From Eledone cirrhosa (taxonomy: Eukaryota): a stretch of 64,000 bases of DNA. How positions within the stretch are numbered: the first letter of the stretch is position 1; every line of letters starts with the position of its first letter. The stretch spans positions 22,010,001-22,074,000 of the forward strand of contig OZ024753.1 of NCBI GenBank assembly GCA_964016885.1, given 5' to 3'. The notes beneath the pieces are model-generated. The model was not told the DNA's origin and ran no database searches. It saw nothing but the letters and a program-made list of their open reading frames with translations. Made by a program: the position numbers and the translations under genes. This document shows, in pieces, positions 1 through 15,000 of this stretch.

Positions 1-3000
1 CAGTGATGGAAGATTTAATTAATGTGGCCAGTGATGGAAGGTTTAACAAATGTGGCCAGTGATGGAAGGAATAACACCTGTGGCCAGTGATGGAAGGTTT
101 AATAAATGTGGCCAGTGATGGAAGATTTAATAAATGTGGCCAGTGATGGAAGGTTTAATGAATGTGGCCAGTGATGGAAGGTTTAATAAATGTGGCTAGT
201 GATGGAAGGTTTAACAAATGTGGCCAGTGATGGAAGGTTTAACAAATGTGGCCAGTGATGGAAGGTTTAACAAATGTGGCCATTGATGGATGGTTTAATA
301 AATGTGGCCAGTGATGGAAGGTTTAACAAATGTGGCCAGTGATGGAAGGTTTAATTAATGTGGCCAGTGATGGAAGGTTTAACAAATGTGGCTAGTGATG
401 GAAGGTTTAACAAATGTGGCCAGTGATGGAAGGTTTAACAACTGTGTCCAGTGATGGAAGGTTTAACAAATGTGGCCAGTGAGTGAAGGTTTACCAAATG
501 TGGCCAGTGATGGAAGGTTTGAAAACTGTGGCCATTGATGGAAGGTTTAATGAATGTGGCCAGTGATGGAAGGTTTAACAAATGTGGCCAGTGATGGAAG
601 GTTTAACAAATGTGGCCAGTGGTGGAAGGTTTAATAACTGTGGCCAGTGATGGAAGATTTAATGAACGTGGCCAGTGATGGAAGGTTTAACACATGTGGC
701 CAGTGATGGAAGGTTTAACAAATGTGGCCAGTGATGGAAGGTTTAATGAATGTGGCCAGTGGTGGAAGGTGTAATAACTGTGGCCAGTGAGGGAAGATTT
801 AATGAATGTGGCCAGTGATGGAAGGTCTAACGAATGTGGCCTGTGATGGATGGTTTAACAAATGTGGCCAGTGATGGAAGGTTTAACAAATGTGGCCAGT
901 GATGGTGGGTTTCATGAATGTGGCCAGTGATGGAAGGTTTAACAACTGTGGCCAGTGATGGAAGGTTTAACAAATGTGGCCAGTGGTGGAAGGTTTAATA
1001 ACTGTGGCCAGTGATGGAAGGTTTAATGAATGTGGCCAGTCATGGAAGGTTTAATAACTGTGGCCAGTGATGGAAGGTTTAACAAATGTGGCCAGTGATG
1101 GAATGTTTAACAAATGTGGCCAGTGATGGAAGGTTTAACACCTGTGGCCAGTGATGGAAGGTTTAACAAATGTGGCCAGTGATGGAAGGTTTAACAAATG
1201 TGGCCAGTGATGGAAGGTTTAATAACTGTGGCCAGTGATGGAAGGTTTAACAACTGTGGCCAGTGATGGAAGGTTTATTGAATGTGGCCTGTGATGGAAG
1301 GTTTAACAAATGTGGTCAGTGATGGAAGGTTTATTGAATGTGGCCAGTGATGGAAGGAATAACACCTGTGGCCAGTGATGGAAGGTTTAATAAATGTGGC
1401 CAGTGGTGGAAGGTGTAATAACTGGGGCCAGTGATGGAAGATTTAATGAATGTGGCCAGTGATGGAAGGTTTAATGACTGTGGCCAGTGATGGAAGGTTT
1501 AATAACTGTGGCCAGTGATGAAAGGTTTAATGAATGTGGCCAGTGATGGAAGGTTTAATAAATGTGGCCAGTGATGGATGGTTTAACAAATGTGGCCAGT
1601 GATGGAAGGTTTAATAAATGTGGCCAGTGATGGAAGATTTAATAAATGTGGCCAGTGATGGAAGGTTTAATGAATGTGGCCAGTGATGGATGGTTTAACA
1701 AATGTGGCCAGTGATGGAAGATTTAATAAATGTGGCCAGTGATGGATGGTTTAACAAATGTGGCCAGTGATGGAAGGTTTAATAAATGTGGCCAGTGATG
1801 GAAGATTTAATAAATGTGGCCAGTGATGGAAGGTTTAATGAATGTGGCCAGTGATGGAAGGTTTAATAAATGTGGCTAGTGATGGAAGGTTTAACAAATG
1901 TGGCCAGTGATGGAAGATTTAACAAATGTGGCCAGTGATGGAAGGTTTAACAAATGTGGCCAGTGATGGAAGGTTTAACAAATGTGGCCATTGATGGATG
2001 GTTTAATAAATGTGGCCAGTGATGGAAGGTTTAACAAATGTGGCCAGTGATGGAAGGTTTAATGAATGTGGCCAGTGATGGAAGGTTTAACAAATGTGGC
2101 TAGTGATGGAAGGTTTAACAAATGTGGCCAGTGATGGAAGGTTTAACAACTGTGTCCAGTGATGGAAGGTTTAACAAATGTGGCCAGTGATGGAAGGTTT
2201 ACCAAATGTGGCCAGTGATGGAAGGTTTGAAAACTGTGGCCATTGATGGAAGGTTTAATGAATGTGGCCAGTGATGGAAGGTTTAACAAATGTGGCCAGT
2301 GATGGAAGGTTTAACAAATGTGGCCAGTGGTGGAAGGTTTAATAACTGTGGCCAGTGATGGAAGATTTAATGAACGTGGCCAGAGATGGAAGGTTGAACA
2401 CATGTGGTCAGTGATGGAAGGTTTAACAAATGTGGCCAGTGATGGAAGGTTTAATAACTGTGGCCAGTGGTGGAAGGTGTAATAACTGTGGCCAGTGAGG
2501 GAAGATTTAATGAATGTGGCCAGTGATGGAAGGTCTAACGAATGTGGCCTGTGATGGATGGTTTAACAAATGTGGCCAGTGATGGAAGGTTTAACAAATG
2601 TGGCCAGTGATGGAGGGTTTCATGAATGTGGCCAGTGATGGAAGGTTTAACAAATGTGGCCAGTGATGGAAGGTTTAATGAATGTGGCCAGTGATCGAAG
2701 GTTTGAAAACTGTGGCCATTGATGGAAGGTTTAACAAATGTGGCCAGTGGTGGAAGGTTTAATAACTGTGGCCAGTGATGGAAGGTTTAATGAATGTGGC
2801 CAGTCATGGAAGGTTTAATAACTGTGGCCAGTGATGGAAGGTTTAACAAATGTGGCCAGTGATGGAATGTTTAACAAATGTGGCCAGTGATGGAAGGTTT
2901 AACAAATGTGGCCAGTGATGGAAGGTTTAACAAATGTGGCCAGTGATGGAAGGTTTAATAACTGTGGCCAGTGATGGAAGGTTTAACAACTGTGGCCAGT

Positions 3001-6000
3001 GATGGAAGGTTTATTGAATGTGGCCAGTGATGGAAGGTTTAACAAATGTGGTCAGTGATGGAAGGTTTAATGAATGTGGCCAGTGGTGGAAGGTTTAACA
3101 ATTGTGGCCAGTGATGGAAGGTTTATTGAATGTGGCCAGTGATGGAAGGTTTAATAACTGTGGCTAGTGATGGAAGGTTTAACAAATGTGGCCAATGATG
3201 GAAGATATAATGAATGTGGCCAGTGATGGAAGGTTTAAAGAATGTGGCCATTGATGGATGGTTTAATGAATGTGGCCAGTGATGGAAGGTTTAACAAATG
3301 TGGCCAGTGATGGAAGGTTTAATGAATGTGGCCAGTGATGGAAGGTTTAACAAATGTGGCCAGTGATGGAAGGTTTAATGAATGTGGCCAGTGATGGAAG
3401 GTTTAACAAATGTGGCCAGTGATGGATGGTTTAACAAATGTGGCCAGTGATGGAAGGTTTAATGAATGTGGCCAGTGATTGAAGGTTTAACAAATGTGGT
3501 CAGTGATGGAAGGTTTAATGAATGTGGCCAGTGGTGGAAGGTTTAACAATTGTGGCCAGTGATGGAAGGTTTATTGAATGTGGCCAGTGATGGAAGGTTT
3601 AATAACTGTGGCCAGTGATGGAAGGTTTAACAAATGTGGCCAGTGATGGAAGGTTTAACAAATGTGGCCAGTTGTGGAAGGTTTAATATCTGTGGCCAGT
3701 GATGGAAGGTTTAATGAATGTGGTCAGTGATGGAAGGTTTAATAACTGTGGCCAGTGATGGAAGGTTTAACAACTGTGGCCAGTGATGGAAGGTTTAACA
3801 AATGTGGCCAGTGATGGAAGGTTTAATGAATGTGGCCAGTGATGGAAGGTTTAACAAATGTGGCCAGTGATGGAAGGTTTAACAACTGTGGCCAGTGATG
3901 GAAGGTTTAACAAATGTGGCCAGTGATGGAAGGTTTAACAAATGTGGCCAGTTGTGGAAGGTTTAATAAATATGGCCAGTGATGGAAGGTTTAATAACTG
4001 TGGCCAGTGATGGAAGGTTTAACAAATGTGGCCAGTGATGGAAGGTTTAACAAATGTGGCCAGTGATGGAAGGTTTAATAACTGTGGCCAGTGATGGAAG
4101 GTTTAACAAATGTGGCCAGTGATGGAATGTTTAACAAATGTGGCCAGTGGTGGAAGGTTTAACAAATGTGGCCAGTGATGGAAGGTTTAATAACTGTGGC
4201 CAGTGATGGAAGATTTAATGAATGTGGTCAGTGATGGAAGGTTTAATAACTGTGGCCAGTGATGGAAGGTTTAACAAATGTGGCCAGTGATGGAAGGTTT
4301 AACAAATGTGGCCAGTTGTGGAAGGTTTAATAACTGTGGCCAGTGATGGAAGGTTTAATAACTGTGGCCAGTGATGGAAGGTTTAACAAATGTGGCCAGT
4401 GATGGAAGGTTTAACAAATGTGGCCAGTGATGGAAGGTTTAATAACTGTGGCCAGTGATGGAAGGTTTAACAAATGTGGCCAGTGATGGAATGTTTAACA
4501 AATGTGGCCAGTGGTGGAAGGTTTAACAAATGTGGCCAGTGATGGAAGATTTAATGAATGTGGCCAGTGATGGAAGGTTTAACAAATGTGGCCAGTGATG
4601 GAAGGTTTAATGAATGTGGCAAGTGATGGAAGGTTTAACAAATGTGGCCAGTGATGGAAGGTTTAATGAATGTGGCCAGTGATGGAAGGTTTAACAAATG
4701 TGGCCAGTGATGGAAGATTTAATGAATGTGGCCAGTGATGGAAGGTTTAATAACTGTGGCCAGTGATGGAAGATTTAATGAATGTGGCCAGTGATGGAAG
4801 GTTTAACAAATGTGGCCAGTGATGGAAGGTTTAATAACTGTGGCCAGTGATGGAAGATTTAATGAATGTGGCCAGTGATGGAAGGTTTAATGAATGTGGC
4901 AAGTGATGGAAGGTCTAACGAATGTGGCCTGTGATGGATGGTTTAACAAATGTGGCCAGTGATGGAAGGTTTAACAAATGTGGCCAGTGATGGAAGGTTT
5001 AATAACTGTGGCTAGTGATGGAAGATTTAATGAATGTGGCCAGTGGTGGAAGGTTTAATGAATGTGGCCAGTGATGGAAGGTTTAACAAATGTGATCAGT
5101 GATGGAAGGTTTAACAAATGCGGCCAGTGATGGAAGGTTTAACAAATGTGGCCAGTGATGGAAGGTTTAATGAATGTGGCCAGTGATGGAAGGTTTAATG
5201 ACTGTGGCCAGTGATGGAAGGTTTAATAACTGTGGCCAGTGATGGAAGATTTAATGAATGTGGCCAGTGATGGAAGGTTTAATGAATGTGGCATGTGATG
5301 GATGGTTTAATGAATGTGGCCAGTGATGGATGGTTTAATGACTGTGGGCAGTGATAGAACGTTTAATGAATGTGGCCAGTGATGGATGGTTTAATGACTG
5401 TGGGCAGTGATAGAACGTTTAATGAATGTGGCCAGTGATGGAAGGTTTAACAACTGTGGCCTATGACGGAAGGTTTAACAACTGTGGCCAGTGATGGAAG
5501 GTTTAACAACTGTGGCCTATGACGGAAGGTTTAACAAATGTGGCCAGTGATGTAAGGTTTACAAAATGTGGCCAGTGATGGAAGGTTTAATGAATGTGGC
5601 CAGTGATGGAAGGTTTAACAACTGTGTCCAGTGATGGAAGGTTTAATGAATGTGGCCAGTGATGGAAGGTTTAACAACTGTGTCCAGTGATGGAAGGTTT
5701 AATGACTGTGGCCAGTGATGGAAGGTTTAATAACTGTGGCCAGTGATGGAAGATTTAATGAATGTGGCCAGTGTTGGAAGGTTTAATGAATGTGGCCAGT
5801 GATGGATGGTTTAACAAATGTGGCCAGTGATGGAAGGTTTAATAAATGTGGCCAGTGATGGAAGATTTAATAAATGTGGCCAGTGATGGAAGGTTTAATG
5901 AATGTGGCCAGTGATGGAAGGTTTAATGAATGTGGCCAGTGATGGAAGGTTTAACAACTGTGGCCTATGATGGAAGGTTTAACAAATGTGGCCAGTGATG

Positions 6001-9000
6001 GAAGGTTTAACAAATGTGACCAGTGATGGAAGGTTTAATGAATGTGGCCAGTGATGGAAGGTTTCATGAATGTGGCCAGTGATGGAAGGTTTCATGAATG
6101 TGGCCAGTGATGGAAGGTTTCACAAATGTGGCCAGTGATGGAAGGTTTCATGAATGTGGCCAGTGATGGAAGGTTTAATGAACGTGGCCAGTGATGGAAG
6201 GTTTAACAAATGTGGCCAGTGATGGAAGGTTTAATAATTGTGGCTAGTGATGAAAGATTTAATGAATGTGGCCAGTGATGGAAGGTTTAACAAATGTGAT
6301 CAGTGATGGAAGGTTTAACAAATGAGGCCAGTGATGGAAGGTTTAACAACTGTGGCCAGTGATGGAAGGTTTAATAAATGTGATCAGTGATGGAAGGTTT
6401 AATGAATGTGGCCAGTGATGGAAGGTTTCACAAATGTGGCCAGTGATGGAAGGTTTCATGAATGTGGCCAGTGATGGAAGGTTTAATGAACGTGGCCAGT
6501 GATGGAAGGTTTAACAAATGTGGCCAGTGATGGAAGGTTTAATAACTGTGGCTAGTGATGAAAGATTTAATGAATGTGGCCAGTGATGGAAGGTTTAACA
6601 AATGTGATCAGTGATGGAAGGTTTAACAAATGTGGCCAGTGATGGAAGGTTTAACAACTGTGGCCAGTGATGGAAGGTTTAATAAATGTGGCCAGTGATG
6701 GAAGGTTTAATAGCTGTGGCCAGTGATGGAAGATTTAATGAATGTGGCCAGTGACGGAAGGTTTAATGAATGTGGCCAGTGATGGAAGGTTTAACAAATA
6801 TGGCCAGTGATGGAAGGTTTAATAACTGTGGCCAGTGATGGAAGGTTTAACAAATGTGGCCAGTGATGGAAGGTTTAACAAATGTGGCCAGTGATGGAAG
6901 GTTTAACAAATGTGGCCAGTGATGGAAGGTTTAATGAATGTGGCCAGTGATGGAAGGTTTAATGAATGTGGCCAGTGATGGAAGGTTTAATAACTGTGGC
7001 CAGTGATGGAAGATTTAATGAATGTGGCCAGTGATGGATGGTTTAACAAATGTGGCCAGTGATGGATGGTTTAACAAATGTGGCCAGTGATGGATGGTTT
7101 AATAAATGTGGCCAGTGATGGAAGATTTAATAAATGTGGCCAGTGATGGAAGATTTAATGAATGTGGCCAGTGGTGGAAGGTTTCACAAATGTGGCCAGT
7201 GATGGAAGGTTTCACAAATGTGGCCAGTGATGGAAGGTTTAATGACTGTGGGCAGTGATAGAAGGTTTAATGAATGTGGCCAGTGATGGAAGGTTTAATG
7301 AATGTGGCCAGTGATGGAAGGTTTAACAACTGTGGCCAGTGATGGAAGGTTTAACAACTGTGGCCAGTGATGGAAGGTTTAACAAATGTGGCCAGTGATG
7401 GAAGGTTTCATGAATGTGGCCAGTGGTGGAAGGTTTAACAACTGTGGCCTATGATGGAAGGTTTAACAACTGTGGCCTATGATGGAAGGTTTAACAACTG
7501 TGGCCAGTGATGGAAGGTTTAACAAATGTGGCCAGTGATGGAAGGTTTAATGAATGTGGCCAGTGATGGAAGGTTTCATGAATGTGGCCAGTGGTGGAAG
7601 GTTTAACAACTGTGGCCTATGATGGAAGGTTTAATGAATGTGGCCAGTGATGGAAGGTTTAACAAATGTGGCCAGTGATGGAAGGTTTAACAAATGTGGC
7701 CAGTGATGGAAGGTTTAACAACTGTGGCCAGTGATGGAAGGTTTAATAAATGTGGCCAGTGATGGAAGGTTTAATAACTGTAGCCAGTGATGGAAGATTT
7801 AATGAATGTGGCCAGTGACGGAAGGTTTAATGAATGTGGCCAGTGATGGAAGGTTTAACAAATATGGCCAGTTATGGAAGGTTTAACAAATATGGCCAGT
7901 TATGGAAGGTTTAACAAATATGGCCAGTTATGGAAGGTTTAATAACTGTGGCCAGTGATGGAAGGTTTAACAAATGTGGCCAGTGATGGAAGGTTTAACA
8001 AATGTGGCCAGTGATGGATGGTTTAATGAATGTGGCCAGTGATGGAAGGTTTAACAAATGTGGCCAGTGATGGAAGGTTTAACAACTGTGGCCAGTGATG
8101 GAAGGTTTAACAAATGTGGCCAGTGATGGAAGGTTTAATGAATGTGGCCAGTGATGGAAGGTTTAACAAATGTGGCCAGTGATGGAAGATTTAATGAATG
8201 TGGCCAGTGATGGAAGGTTTAACAAATGTGGCCAGTGATGGAAGGTTTAATGAATGTGGCAAGTGATGGAAGGTTTAACAAATGTGGCCAGTGATGGAAG
8301 GTTTAATGAATGTGGCCAGTGATGGAAGGTTTAACAAATGTGGCCAGTGATGGAAGATTTAATGAATGTGGCCAGTGATGGAAGGTTTAATAACTGTGGC
8401 CAGTGATGGAAGATTTAATGAATGTGGCCAGTGATGGAAGGTTTAACAAATGTGGCCAGTGATGGAAGGTTTAATAACTGTGGCCAGTGATGGAAGATTT
8501 AATGAATGTGGCCAGTGATGGAAGGTTTAATGAATGTGGCAAGTGATGGAAGGTCTAACGAATGTGGCCTGTGATGGATGGTTTAACAAATGTGGCCAGT
8601 GATGGAAGGTTTAACAAATGTGGCCAGTGATGGAAGGTTTAATAACTGTGGCTAGTGATGGAAGATTTAATGAATGTGGCCAGTGGTGGAAGGTTTAATG
8701 AATGTGGCCAGTGATGGAAGGTTTAACAAATGTGATCAGTGAGGGAAGGTTTAACAAATGCGGCCAGTGATGGAAGGTTTAACAAATGTGGCCAGTGATG
8801 GAAGGTTTAACAAATGTGGCCAGTGATGGAAGGTTTAATGAATGTGGCCAGTGATGGAAGGTTTAATAACTGTGGCCAGTGATGGAAGATTTAATGAATG
8901 TGGCCAGTGATGGAAGGTTTAATGAATGTGGCATGTGATGGATGGTTTAATGACTGTGGCCAGTGATGGAAGGTTTAATGAATGTGGCCAGTGATGGAAG

Positions 9001-12000
9001 GTTTAATGACTGTGGCCAGTGATGGAAGGTTTAATAACTGTGGCCAGTGATGGAAGATTTAATGAATGTGGTCAGTGATGGAAGGTTTAATGAATGTGGC
9101 ATGTGATGGATGGTTTAATGAATGTGGCCAGTGATGGATGGTTTAATGACTGTGGGCAGTGATAGAACGTTTAATGAATGTGGCCAGTGATGGATGGTTT
9201 AATGACTGTGGGCAGTGATAGAACGTTTAATGAATGTGGCCAGTGATGGAAGGTTTAACAACTGTGGCCTATGACGGAAGGTTTAACAACTGTGGCCAGT
9301 GATGTAAGGTTTACAAAATGTGGCCAGTGATGGAAGGTTTAATGAATGTGGCCAGTGATGGAAGGTTTAACAACTGTGTCCAGTGATGGAAGGTTTAATG
9401 AATGTGGCCAGTGATGGAAGGTTTAACAACTGTGTCCAGTGATGGAAGGTTTAATGACTGTGGCCAGTGATGGAAGGTTTAATAACTGTGGCCAGTGATG
9501 GAAGATTTAATGAATGTGGCCAGTGTTGGAAGGTTTAATGAATGTGGCCAGTGATGGATGGTTTAACAAATGTGGCCAGTGATGGAAGGTTTAATAAATG
9601 TGGCCAGTGATGGAAGATTTAATAAATGTGGCCAGTGATGGAAGGTTTAATGAATGTGGCCAGTGATGGAAGGTTTAATGAATGTGGCCAGTGATGGAAG
9701 GTTTAACAACTGTGGCCTATGATGGAAGGTTTAACAACTGTGGCCAGTGATGGAAGGTTTAACAAATGTGACCAGTGATGGAAGGTTTAATGAATGTGGC
9801 CAGTGATGGAAGGTTTCATGAATGTGGCCAGTGATGGAAGGTTTCACAAATGTGGCCAGTGATGGAAGGTTTCATGAATGTTGCCAGTGATGGAAGGTTT
9901 AATGAACGTGGCCAGTGATGGAAGGTTTAACAAATGTGGCCAGTGATGGAAGGTTTAATAAATGTGGCCAGTGATGGAAGGTTTAATGAATGTGGCCAGT
10001 GATGGAAGGTTTAACAACTGTGGCCAGTGATGGAAGGTTTAACAACTGTGGCCAGTGATGGAAGGTTTAACAAATGTGGCCAGTGATGGAAGGTTTAATG
10101 AATGTGGCCAGTGATGGAAGGTTTCATGAATGTGGCCAGTGGTGGAAGGTTTAACAACTGTGGCCTATGATGGAAGGTTTAACAACTGTGGCCAGTGATG
10201 GAAGGTTTAACAAATGTGGCCAGTGATGGAAGGTTTAATGAATGTGGCCAGTGATGGAAGGTTTCATGAATGTGGCCAGTGGTGGAAGGTTTAACAACTG
10301 TGGCCTATGATGGAAGGTTTAACAACTGTGGCCAGTGATGGAAGGTTTAACAAATGTGGCCAGTGATGGAAGGTTTAATGAATGTGGCCAGTGATGGAAG
10401 GTTTCATGAATGTGGCCAGTGGTGGAAGGTTTAACAACTGTGGCCTATGATGGAAGGTTTAACAACTGTGGCCAGTGATGGAAGGTTTAACAAATGTGGC
10501 CAGTGATGGAAGGTTTAACAAATGTGGCCAGTGATGGAAGGTTTAACAACTGTGGCCAGTGATGGAAGGTTTAATAAATGTGGCCAGTGATGGAAGGTTT
10601 AATAACTGTAGCCAGTGATGGAAGATTTAATGAATGTGGCCAGTGACGGAAGGTTTAATGAATGTGGCCAGTGATGGAAGGTTTAACAAATATGGCCAGT
10701 TATGGAAGGTTTAACAAATATGGCCAGTTATGGAAGGTTTAACAAATATGGCCAGTTATGGAAGGTTTAATAACTGTGGCCAGTGATGGAAGGTTTAACA
10801 AATGTGGCCAGTGATGGAAGGTTTAACAAATGTGGCCAGTGATGGAAGGTTTAATGAATGTGGCCAGTGATGGAAGGTTTAACAAATGTGGCCAGTGATG
10901 GAAGGTTTAACAACTGTGGCCAGTGATGGAAGGTTTAACAAATGTGGCCAGTGATGGAAGGTTTAATGAATGTGGCCAGTGATGGAAGGTTTAACAAATG
11001 TGGCCAGTGATGGAAGATTTAATGAATGTGGCCAGTGATGGAAGGTTTAACAAATGTGGCCAGTGATGGAAGGTTTAATGAATGTGGCAAGTGATGGAAG
11101 GTTTAACAAATGTGGCCAGTGATGGAAGGTTTAATGAATGTGGCCAGTGATGGAAGGTTTAACAAATGTGGCCAGTGATGGAAGATTTAATGAATGTGGC
11201 CAGTGATGGAAGGTTTAATAACTGTGGCCAGTGATGGAAGATTTAATGAATGTGGCCAGTGATGGAAGGTTTAACAAATGTGGCCAGTGATGGAAGGTTT
11301 AATAACTGTGGCCAGTGATGGAAGATTTAATGAATGTGGCCAGTGATGGAAGGTTTAATGAATGTGGCAAGTGATGGAAGGTCTAACGAATGTGGCCTGT
11401 GATGGATGGTTTAACAAATGTGGCCAGTGATGGAAGGTTTAACAAATGTGGCCAGTGATGGAAGGTTTAATAACTGTGGCTAGTGATGGAAGATTTAATG
11501 AATGTGGCCAGTGGTGGAAGGTTTAATGAATGTGGCCAGTGATGGAAGGTTTAACAAATGTGATCAGTGATGGAAGGTTTAACAAATGCGGCCAGTGATG
11601 GAAGGTTTAACAAATGTGGCCAGTGATGGAAGGTTTAACAAATGTGGCCAGTGATGGAAGGTTTAATGAATGTGGCCAGTGATGGAAGGTTTAATAACTG
11701 TGGCCAGTGATGGAAGATTTAATGAATGTGGCCAGTGATGGAAGGTTTAATGAATGTGGCATGTGATGGATGGTTTAATGAGTGTGGCCAGTGATGGAAG
11801 GTTTAATGAATGTGGCCAGTGATGGAAGGTTTAATGACTGTGGCCAGTGATGGAAGGTTTAATAACTGTGGCCAGTGATGGAAGATTTAATGAATGTGGC
11901 CAGTGATGGAAGGTTTAATGAATGTGGCATGTGATGGATGGTTTAATGAATGTGGCCAGTGATGGATGGTTTAATGACTGTGGGCAGTGATAGAACGTTT

Positions 12001-15000
12001 AATGAATGTGGCCAGTGATGGATGGTTTAATGACTGTGGGCAGTGATAGAACGTTTAATGAATGTGGCCAGTGATGGAAGGTTTAACAACTGTGGCCTAT
12101 GACGGAAGGTTTAACAACTGTGGCCAGTGATGTAAGGTTTACAAAATGTGGCCAGTGATGGAAGGTTTAATGAATGTGGCCAGTGATGGAAGGTTTAACA
12201 ACTGTGTCCAGTGATGGAAGGTTTAATGAATGTGGCCAGTGATGGAAGATTTAACAACTGTGTCCAGTGATGGAAGGTTTAATGACTGTGGCCAGTGATG
12301 GAAGGTTTAATAACTGTGGCCAGTGATGGAAGATTTAATGAATGTGGCCAGTGTTGGAAGGTTTAATGAATGTGGCCAGTGATGGATGGTTTAACAAATG
12401 TGGCCAGTGATGGAAGGTTTAATAAATGTGGCCAGTGATGGAAGATTTAATAAATGTGGCCAGTGATGGAAGGTTTAATGAATGTGGCCAGTGATGGAAG
12501 GTTTAATGAATGTGGCCAGTGATGGAAGGTTTAACAACTGTGGCCTATGATGGAAGGTTTAACAACTGTGGCCAGTGATGGAAGGTTTAACAAATGTGAC
12601 CAGTGATGGAAGGTTTAATGAATGTGGCCAGTGATGGAAGGTTTCATGAATGTGGCCAGTGATGGAAGGTTTCACAAATGTGGCCAGTGATGGAAGGTTT
12701 CATGAATGTGGCCAGTGATGGAAGGTTTAATGAACGTGGCCAGTGATGGAAGGTTTAACAAATGTGGCCAGTGATGGAAGGTTTAATAAATGTGGCCAGT
12801 GATGGAAGGTTTAATGAATGTGGCCAGTGATGGAAGGTTTAACAACTGTGGCCAGTGATGGAAGGTTTAACAACTGTGGCCAGTGATGGAAGGTTTAACA
12901 AATGTGGCCAGTGATGGAAGGTTTAATGAATGTGGCCAGTGATGGAAGGTTTCATGAATGTGGCCAGTGGTGGAAGGTTTAACAACTGTGGCCTATGATG
13001 GAAGGTTTAACAACTGTGGCCAGTGATGGAAGGTTTAACAAATGTGGCCAGTGATGGAAGGTTTAATGAATGTGGCCAGTGATGGAAGGTTTCATGAATG
13101 TGGCCAGTGGTGGAAGGTTTAACAACTGTGGCCTATGATGGAAGGTTTAACAACTGTGGCCAGTGATGGAAGGTTTAACAAATGTGGCCAGTGATGGAAG
13201 GTTTAATGAATGTGGCCAGTGATGGAAGGTTTCATGAATGTGGCCAGTGGTGGAAGGTTTAACAACTGTGGCCTATGATGGAAGGTTTAACAACTGTGGC
13301 CAGTGATGGAAGGTTTAACAAATGTGGCCAGTGATGGAAGGTTTAACAAATGTGGCCAGTGATGGAAGGTTTAACAACTGTGGCCAGTGATGGAAGGTTT
13401 AATAAATGTGGCCAGTGATGGAAGGTTTAATAACTGTAGCCAGTGATGGAAGATTTAATGAATGTGGCCAGTGACGGAAGGTTTAATGAATGTGGCCAGT
13501 GATGGAAGGTTTAACAAATATGGCCAGTTATGGAAGGTTTAACAAATATGGCCAGTTATGGAAGGTTTAACAAATATGGCCAGTTATGGAAGGTTTAATA
13601 ACTGTGGCCAGTGATGGAAGGTTTAACAAATGTGGCCAGTGATGGAAGGTTTAACAAATGTGGCCAGTGATGGAAGGTTTAATGAATGTGGCCAGTGATG
13701 GAAGGTTTAACAAATGTGGCCAGTGATGGAAGGTTTAACAACTGTGGCCAGTGATGGAAGGTTTAATGAATGTGGCCAGTGATGGAAGGTTTAATGAATG
13801 TGGCCAGTGATGGAAGGTTTAATAAATGTGGCCAGTGGTGGAAGGTTTAATAACTGTGGCCAGTGAGGGAAGATTTAATGAATGTGGCCAGTGATGGAAG
13901 GTCTAACGAATGTGGCCTGTGATGGATGGTTTAACAAATGTGGCCAGTGATGGAAGGTTTAACAAATGTGGCCATTGATGGAGGGTTTCATGAATGTGGC
14001 CAGTGATGGAAGGTTTAACAAATGTGGCCAGTGATGGAAGGTTTAATGAATGTGGCCAGTGATGGAAGGTTTGAAAACTGTGGCCATTGATGGAAGGTTT
14101 AATGAATGTGGCCAGTGATGGAAGGTTTAACAAATGTGGCCAGTGGTGGAAGGTTTAATAACTGTGGCCAGCGATGGAAGGTTTAATGAATGTGGCCAGT
14201 CATGGAAGGTTTAATAACTGTGGCCAGTGATGGAAGGTTTAACAAATGTGGCCAGTGATGGAAGGTTTATTGAATGTGGCCTGTGATGGAAGGTTTAACA
14301 AATGTGGTCAGTGATGGAAGGTTTAATGAATGTGGCCAGTCATGGAAGGTTTAACAACTGTGGCCAGTGATGGAAGGTTTAACAAATGTGGCCAGTGATG
14401 GAAGGTTTAACAACTGTGGCCAGTGATGGAATGTTTAACAAATGTGGCCAGTGATGGAAGGTTTATTGAATGTGGCCAGTCATGGAAGGTTTAACAACTG
14501 TGGCCAGTGATGGAATGTTTAACAAATGTGGCCAGTGATGGAAGGTTTATTGAATGTGGCCAGTCATGGAAGGTTTAACAACTGTGGCCAGTGATGGAAT
14601 GTTTAACAAATGTGGCCAGTGATGGAAGGTTTATTGAATGTGGCCAGTCATGGAAGGTTTAACAACTGTGGCCAGTGATGGAATGTTTAACAAATGTGGC
14701 CAGTGATGGAAGGTTTATTGAATGTGGCCAGTCATGGAAGGTTTAACAACTGTGGCCAGTGATGGAATGTTTAACAAATGTGGCCAGTGATGGAAGGTTT
14801 AACAAATGTGGCCAGTGATGGAAGGTTTAATAACTGTGGCCAGTGATGGAAGGTTTAACAACTGTGGCCAGTGATGGAAGGTTTATTGAATGTGGCCTGT
14901 GATGGAAGGTTTAACAAATGTGGCCAGTGATGGAAGGTTTAATAACTGTGGCTAGTGATGGAAGGTTTAACAAATGTGGCCAATGATGGAAGATTTAATG

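Noticed and set aside
13903-14133. ORF in the satellite; 84-bp trimer equals the length of a C2H2 finger repeat
   Set aside because: Chance loss of stop codons; translations lack CxxC..H..H spacing and stops are frequent on both strands
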